Origin: Spirochaetia bacterium
Lineage (GTDB): Bacteria > Spirochaetota > Spirochaetia > DSM-2461
Direction: 5' to 3'
DNA length: 64,000 nt
NCBI GenBank assembly: GCA_963666985.2
Contig: CAXXIA010000001.1
Coordinates: forward strand, 128,001-192,000
The translations under genes and the position numbers were made by a program. The notes beneath the pieces were generated by a model. It had not been told where the DNA came from. It made no database searches and was given only the letters and a program-made list of their open reading frames with translations. Below, piece after piece: positions 60,239 to 64,000 of the stretch (positions are counted from its first letter, which is position 1; the number at the start of each line of letters is the position of its first letter).

Positions 60239-60409
60239 ATGGCCGGAGTCAGTAAAAACGCGCGAACGACATCGGGAACACATAAGTTTTTCTGCCCTTG
60301 CGGCGGAGAAGTGAAGATGAGATCCGTATTTGCCGATGGCCGTATGAAGCATTTCGCTTATTGTGAGAAATGTAAACGGGAAGAGCGCCGTCCGCGAGAC
60401 TTCAATTAA
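60239..60409 (+). CDS. 56-aa basic Zn-ribbon-like protein
   Basis: AAGGAG RBS; CPC...CEKC; own promoter. Confidence 0.75.
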   Translation: MAGVSKNARTTSGTHKFFCPCGGEVKMRSVFADGRMKHFAYCEKCKREERRPRDFN

Positions 60410-60520
60410 GGACGGATTAAGATAATGGTTTTCCCTTAAACCTTGACGGTAAAGGGATTATCTGTTAAAAGTTATTCTTGATGATTGTTTTGAAATCATC
60501 ATACTGAGAGGAAAAGAGCA

Positions 60521-60784
60521 TTGCCTAATTCAAATGATGCCGCTAAGAGGCACAGACAGAGTGTAAAGCGGCGGACTCACAACAGGGCTATCCGCAGCCG
60601 CGTAAGGACCAGTATTAAGGCCTTCGAAGCGGCCGTTGAAAAAAAAGATAAGGCTGTTGCCGAAACGACGTTTGTGGAGTTCGTAAAGCTTATTGATACG
60701 GCGGCCGGAAAAGGACTTTATCATCCGAATACCGCGGCCCGCAAGAAATCCCGCATGCACAAGAGGCTTGCGGCCTTGGCGTAA
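60521..60784 (+). CDS. rpsT: 30S ribosomal protein S20
   Basis: AAKRHRQS, IDTAAGKGLYHPNTAARKKSR. Confidence 0.97.
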   Translation: MPNSNDAAKRHRQSVKRRTHNRAIRSRVRTSIKAFEAAVEKKDKAVAETTFVEFVKLIDTAAGKGLYHPNTAARKKSRMHKRLAALA

Positions 60785-60829
60785 TATAGTTACCGAACGA
60801 TTAGCAATCTTGTGAGAAGGGGGATTCCG

Positions 60830-61141
60830 ATGGCCGATATTGAAGAAGACAAGATGACTAAGGCCGAGATCATAGAACATATCTATGAAAAATCCGGAAT
60901 CAGCAGAAAAGATATCCATATGGTTATTGATGCTTTCTTTGATGAAGTCAAAGACGCCCTGAACGGCGATCGGGTTGTGGAGCTGAGGGGTTTCGGCACT
61001 TTCGAAATTCGAACACGCAAGGGACGAGAAAAGGCCCGCAATCCCAAAACCGGAGAAATTGTTCCCGTAAAAACACACGGTGTTACCGTTTTCCGCCCCG
61101 GAAAAGAACTGAAGAAAATGGCCTGGAATCTGCGCCATTGA
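60830..61141 (+). CDS. HU/IHF-family DNA-binding protein (Hbb-like position after rpsT)
   Basis: MTKAEII, ELRGFGTF, ARNPKTGE, FRPGKELK. Confidence 0.95.
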   Translation: MADIEEDKMTKAEIIEHIYEKSGISRKDIHMVIDAFFDEVKDALNGDRVVELRGFGTFEIRTRKGREKARNPKTGEIVPVKTHGVTVFRPGKELKKMAWNLRH

Positions 61142-61167
61142 TATCGATAACGTTTTTAAGTTATCTG

Positions 61168-61195
61168 AAAAACCCCGTTCCCGCGGGGTTTTTTT
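61168..61195 (+). terminator. Intrinsic terminator
   Basis: AAAAACCCCG-loop-CGGGGTTTTTTT. Confidence 0.85.
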
Positions 61196-61312
61196 ATGAC
61201 TTCAAATCATCGCATCATGTTAAATTTCGACGTTTCGGCGCTCTCTCTTTCGGCGGCTTTCCGCGTTCTTTCTTGACGGACCGGGGTAAACGGGAGAAAA
61301 TGGAATTGGATT

Positions 61313-62038
61313 ATGGAAAAAAAGAAGATTCTCATCATTGATGATGAACAGATCAATCTCGATTTTTTTGACGTTATGCTTACCCGTTTGGGTTTTGAAG
61401 TTCTTATGGCGGTTGACGGCGAAGAAGGCCTCGAGATGATTAAGGAACATGTTCCCGATCTTATTATCTTGGACAATATCATGCCTCGGCTGACCGGATG
61501 GGAACTGACAAAGCTCATTAAGCAGGATGCATCTTACGCCGAATTTCGAAATATTCCGGTTATCATGTTTTCCGCCATGGATGCGGTAAAAGATAAAATC
61601 GAGGGCTTTGAGCTCGGCATTGACGATTATATCATTAAGCCGTTTAATTTCTCCGAGGTACTGGCCCGGATAAGGGCTGTCCTGAGGAACCATGAGCTTT
61701 CCCAGCAAGTCGTGCTTCGGGAAAAGCGTCTTGCGTTAACCGATTCTTTGAACAAGTCGCTGATTTATTTTACGGAACATTTAAAAGCGCCGGTGCTGAA
61801 TTTGGTGAAATCGGCTAAGAATCTTGATACTTCGAATCCCAAAGCCGTTGAGGACTTTAAGAAACAGGTTCTTGTAGAAACGGAGCAGACTCTCGCCGCT
61901 CTCGGCGGTTTGGAAGATGAAGTTAAGGAACTGCAGGAATCGGAAGGACATGTAAGAAAAGCGGAACTCTCTCTTCAGGAGCTTGAAGAACGTTTCAGGG
62001 AACATTTTCGCGGACTTCATGAAGAGGAATCGGCATGA
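61313..62038 (+). CDS. Response regulator: receiver plus coiled-coil/helical output
   Basis: ILIIDD, LIILDNIMP, DYIIKPF; no HTH evident. Confidence 0.9.
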   Translation: MEKKKILIIDDEQINLDFFDVMLTRLGFEVLMAVDGEEGLEMIKEHVPDLIILDNIMPRLTGWELTKLIKQDASYAEFRNIPVIMFSAMDAVKDKIEGFELGIDDYIIKPFNFSEVLARIRAVLRNHELSQQVVLREKRLALTDSLNKSLIYFTEHLKAPVLNLVKSAKNLDTSNPKAVEDFKKQVLVETEQTLAALGGLEDEVKELQESEGHVRKAELSLQELEERFREHFRGLHEEESA

Positions 62039-62256
62039 TAAGCGAGACCAAGGCTGAGGTTCTTCGACTTTTTGCCGAGGGCCGCGAGCTTTATAAAAAA
62101 CGGGATTTTCGCTCGGCAATGGAGAGATTCAAAGCCGCCTACGCTTTAGATCCCAATGACGGTCCGTCCAAAGTCTTTGGAGCCAGATGCAAACTCTACC
62201 TTGAAAATCCTCCCGCCGAAGGCTGGGATGGTGTTTTTGAGATGAAAACAAAGTAG
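62035..62256 (+). CDS. Small TPR-like protein
   Basis: Helical-hairpin pattern, DGPSKVFGARC, PPAEGWDGVF. Confidence 0.75.
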   Translation: MISETKAEVLRLFAEGRELYKKRDFRSAMERFKAAYALDPNDGPSKVFGARCKLYLENPPAEGWDGVFEMKTK

Positions 62257-62262
62257 CCCGCC

Positions 62263-62679
62263 ATGCCCCGCACTACAGAAAATCCCGCATATAAAGTCCG
62301 AACGGTCTTGGGCGGAGAAACGAAATTCAGCGGTATTCTCAAATACACCGATTCACTGAAAATCGACGGGCGTTTTGAAGGCGCCATCGAGTCGTCCGGA
62401 TTGCTTATCGTGGAATCGAAAGCGGAAGTGATTGCGGATGTAAAAGTCGGTACGCTGGTTGTGGCCGGCATCATCCGTGGTGATGTATCCGCCGAACGCC
62501 GCCTCGAACTTCTTCCGGGCGGCCGGATCATCGGGAATATCAGATGTCCCCATTTGATCATGGCGGAGGGAACGGGCCTCCAGGGACGGTGTGAAATGCT
62601 GGTCGATCCCGCCGGAACCGATATTTTCGCGATGCCTCTGGACAGGCTGAAAAAAACCATCGCCCGTGTCGGATCATAA
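62263..62679 (+). CDS. Bactofilin (second copy)
   Basis: LKIDGRFEG, GIIRGDV, GRIIGNI. Confidence 0.9.
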   Translation: MPRTTENPAYKVRTVLGGETKFSGILKYTDSLKIDGRFEGAIESSGLLIVESKAEVIADVKVGTLVVAGIIRGDVSAERRLELLPGGRIIGNIRCPHLIMAEGTGLQGRCEMLVDPAGTDIFAMPLDRLKKTIARVGS

Positions 62680-63175
62680 AGACGGCTGTGCCGCCGGTAT
62701 TATCGAACGGTTAATCGCCGGGGGCGAAACGCTGGCCGCGGCGGAATCTTGTACCGGAGGCGGCATCCTGAAAGAGCTTACTTCGGTCCCGGGAAGTTCC
62801 TCGGCCGTTTGGGGCGGTATCGTTTCTTATGCAAACGAGGCGAAAATCAGTCTTCTGGACGTTGATCCGTCTCTTCTGAAAAAGGCTGGCGCGGTTTCCG
62901 AGGGAGTCGCGAAGGCCATGGCTTGGGGGATGATGACCCGCAGCGGCGCCGACAGAACGGTGGCCGTTACGGGGGTGGCCGGACCGTCGGGAGGAACACC
63001 GGAAACACCGGTGGGTACGGTCTGGATTGCCTGGTACGGACCGGAAGAAGGATTGACGGCCGAAAAGTATCAATTTGACGGAGATAGGGAAGCCGTCAGG
63101 GAACAAGCCGTGAAGGAAGCGCTTGACGGAGTGCGCCGTCAACTTGACAGGGAGACGAAGGCATCGCTATATTGA
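62666..63175 (+). CDS. pncC: CinA C-terminal / NMN deamidase
   Basis: AAESCTGG, VPGSS, GAVSE, TGVAGPSGG, PVGTVW. Confidence 0.92.
   Translation: MSDHKDGCAAGIIERLIAGGETLAAAESCTGGGILKELTSVPGSSSAVWGGIVSYANEAKISLLDVDPSLLKKAGAVSEGVAKAMAWGMMTRSGADRTVAVTGVAGPSGGTPETPVGTVWIAWYGPEEGLTAEKYQFDGDREAVREQAVKEALDGVRRQLDRETKASLY
63144..63173 (+). promoter_or_regulatory. Candidate rho promoter inside pncC 3' end
   Basis: TTGACA-N18-TATATT. Confidence 0.55.
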
Positions 63176-63337
63176 ATGAAGTAACGATCCCGGATCGTTC
63201 GTTTCTATCGCTGACAAACCCGTTTGCTTCATGAATCGGGTTGAAAATCAATACATACTAGACCATTGAAACCGACGGGGATTCGATTCTTCGTTGTCGG
63301 AGAAATCATGGGCATTTTCAACAGGAAGGATTAACTC

Positions 63338-64000
63338 GTGACCGAAAGCTCACTTCAACAGAGCGAACTTGACCTGCAGGACGGGCAGGATGAATCAAAA
63401 ACGGAAACTCCTAAGGGACGAAGAAAAGCAATCGTAATCAAAGCGAATGGCGATACGCCGGAAGCGGAAGCCGACGGCGGAGGAACCGACGGCGGCTTGT
63501 TCGCGGACGATCATTCCGTAACGGCCTCCCGGGAGAACGGCGTAAAAGAATCCGAAGAAGATTCACCGGCGCCTCGGAAAGACGAACTTGAGGATCAATC
63601 AGCCGATACTCAGGACGGCGAAGTTCTTGAGGCACCCGCGAAAGTCAAAGTTAAGAAAAAAATCAAAGTAGAAAAAAAACGAATCGAAGAATCTTCAGCG
63701 GAAACCGATGAAAACGTCACGGATGACGCCGGAAACGGAGGAGAGGCCGAAGAAGCGAAATCCTCGAATTCTTCCAATGGTGAATCCGCCAGGGAATCCG
63801 AAGGCGCGCAGACTAACCGCCGCCGCGGCAAAAAAGGCGGGAAGGCTCAAATAAAGGGCCCCAAACACGATCCGGACGCCCCGAAGATTCTAATCAACGA
63901 TTTATCCAAAATGACCATGCCCGAATTGCGGGAGCTTGCCGAAGATTTGGGTTTGAAAAAGGAAGATTTGATTCCCCTGAAAAAGCAGGAGATTATCTTT
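63338..64000 (+). CDS. rho: Transcription termination factor Rho, 5' part (runs off window)
   Basis: Translated by hand: open frame from GTG after GGAAGGA, ending in Rho_N-like INDLSKMTMPELRELAEDLGLKKEDLIPLKKQEIIF; ATPase domain lies outside the window. Confidence 0.8.
   Translation, partial: MTESSLQQSELDLQDGQDESKTETPKGRRKAIVIKANGDTPEAEADGGGTDGGLFADDHSVTASRENGVKESEEDSPAPRKDELEDQSADTQDGEVLEAPAKVKVKKKIKVEKKRIEESSAETDENVTDDAGNGGEAEEAKSSNSSNGESARESEGAQTNRRRGKKGGKAQIKGPKHDPDAPKILINDLSKMTMPELRELAEDLGLKKEDLIPLKKQEIIF

Overview
Core chromosomal segment of a spirochaete (Spirochaetales-type; inferred from gene order and a SpiroCoCo-like protein). 1-16.6 kb holds the rpoC 3' end, rpsL-rpsG-tuf (no fusA) and the S10-spc-alpha ribosomal superoperon (no rpsD). 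Next come a membrane protein with nested acidic tandem repeats, rny-ymdB-tlyA, a GerMN protein, ptsI-der, an NlpC/P60-like exported protein, exbB-exbD-tonB-like genes, a HAD hydrolase, a long coiled-coil protein and grpE-dnaK-dnaJ. These are followed by a ~420 bp highly structured non-coding element and a receiver/ATP-grasp/His-swivel 'dikinase-like' gene next to gdhA. The rest contains an IS1182 element, a Ser/Thr kinase, dtd, rlmB, a two-domain Ndk, a sugar isomerase-like/AraC pair, dusB, tatD, M23-bactofilin-yaaR-yaaT, a small Zn-ribbon ORF, rpsT-HU, a receiver protein, pncC and the start of rho. Best candidates for undescribed biology: (i) the REC-REC-ATP-grasp-His-swivel protein beside gdhA, (ii) the structured element between dnaJ and that gene, (iii) the Zn-ribbon microprotein upstream of rpsT. 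All calls come from motif recognition by eye; no searches or folding programs were run.
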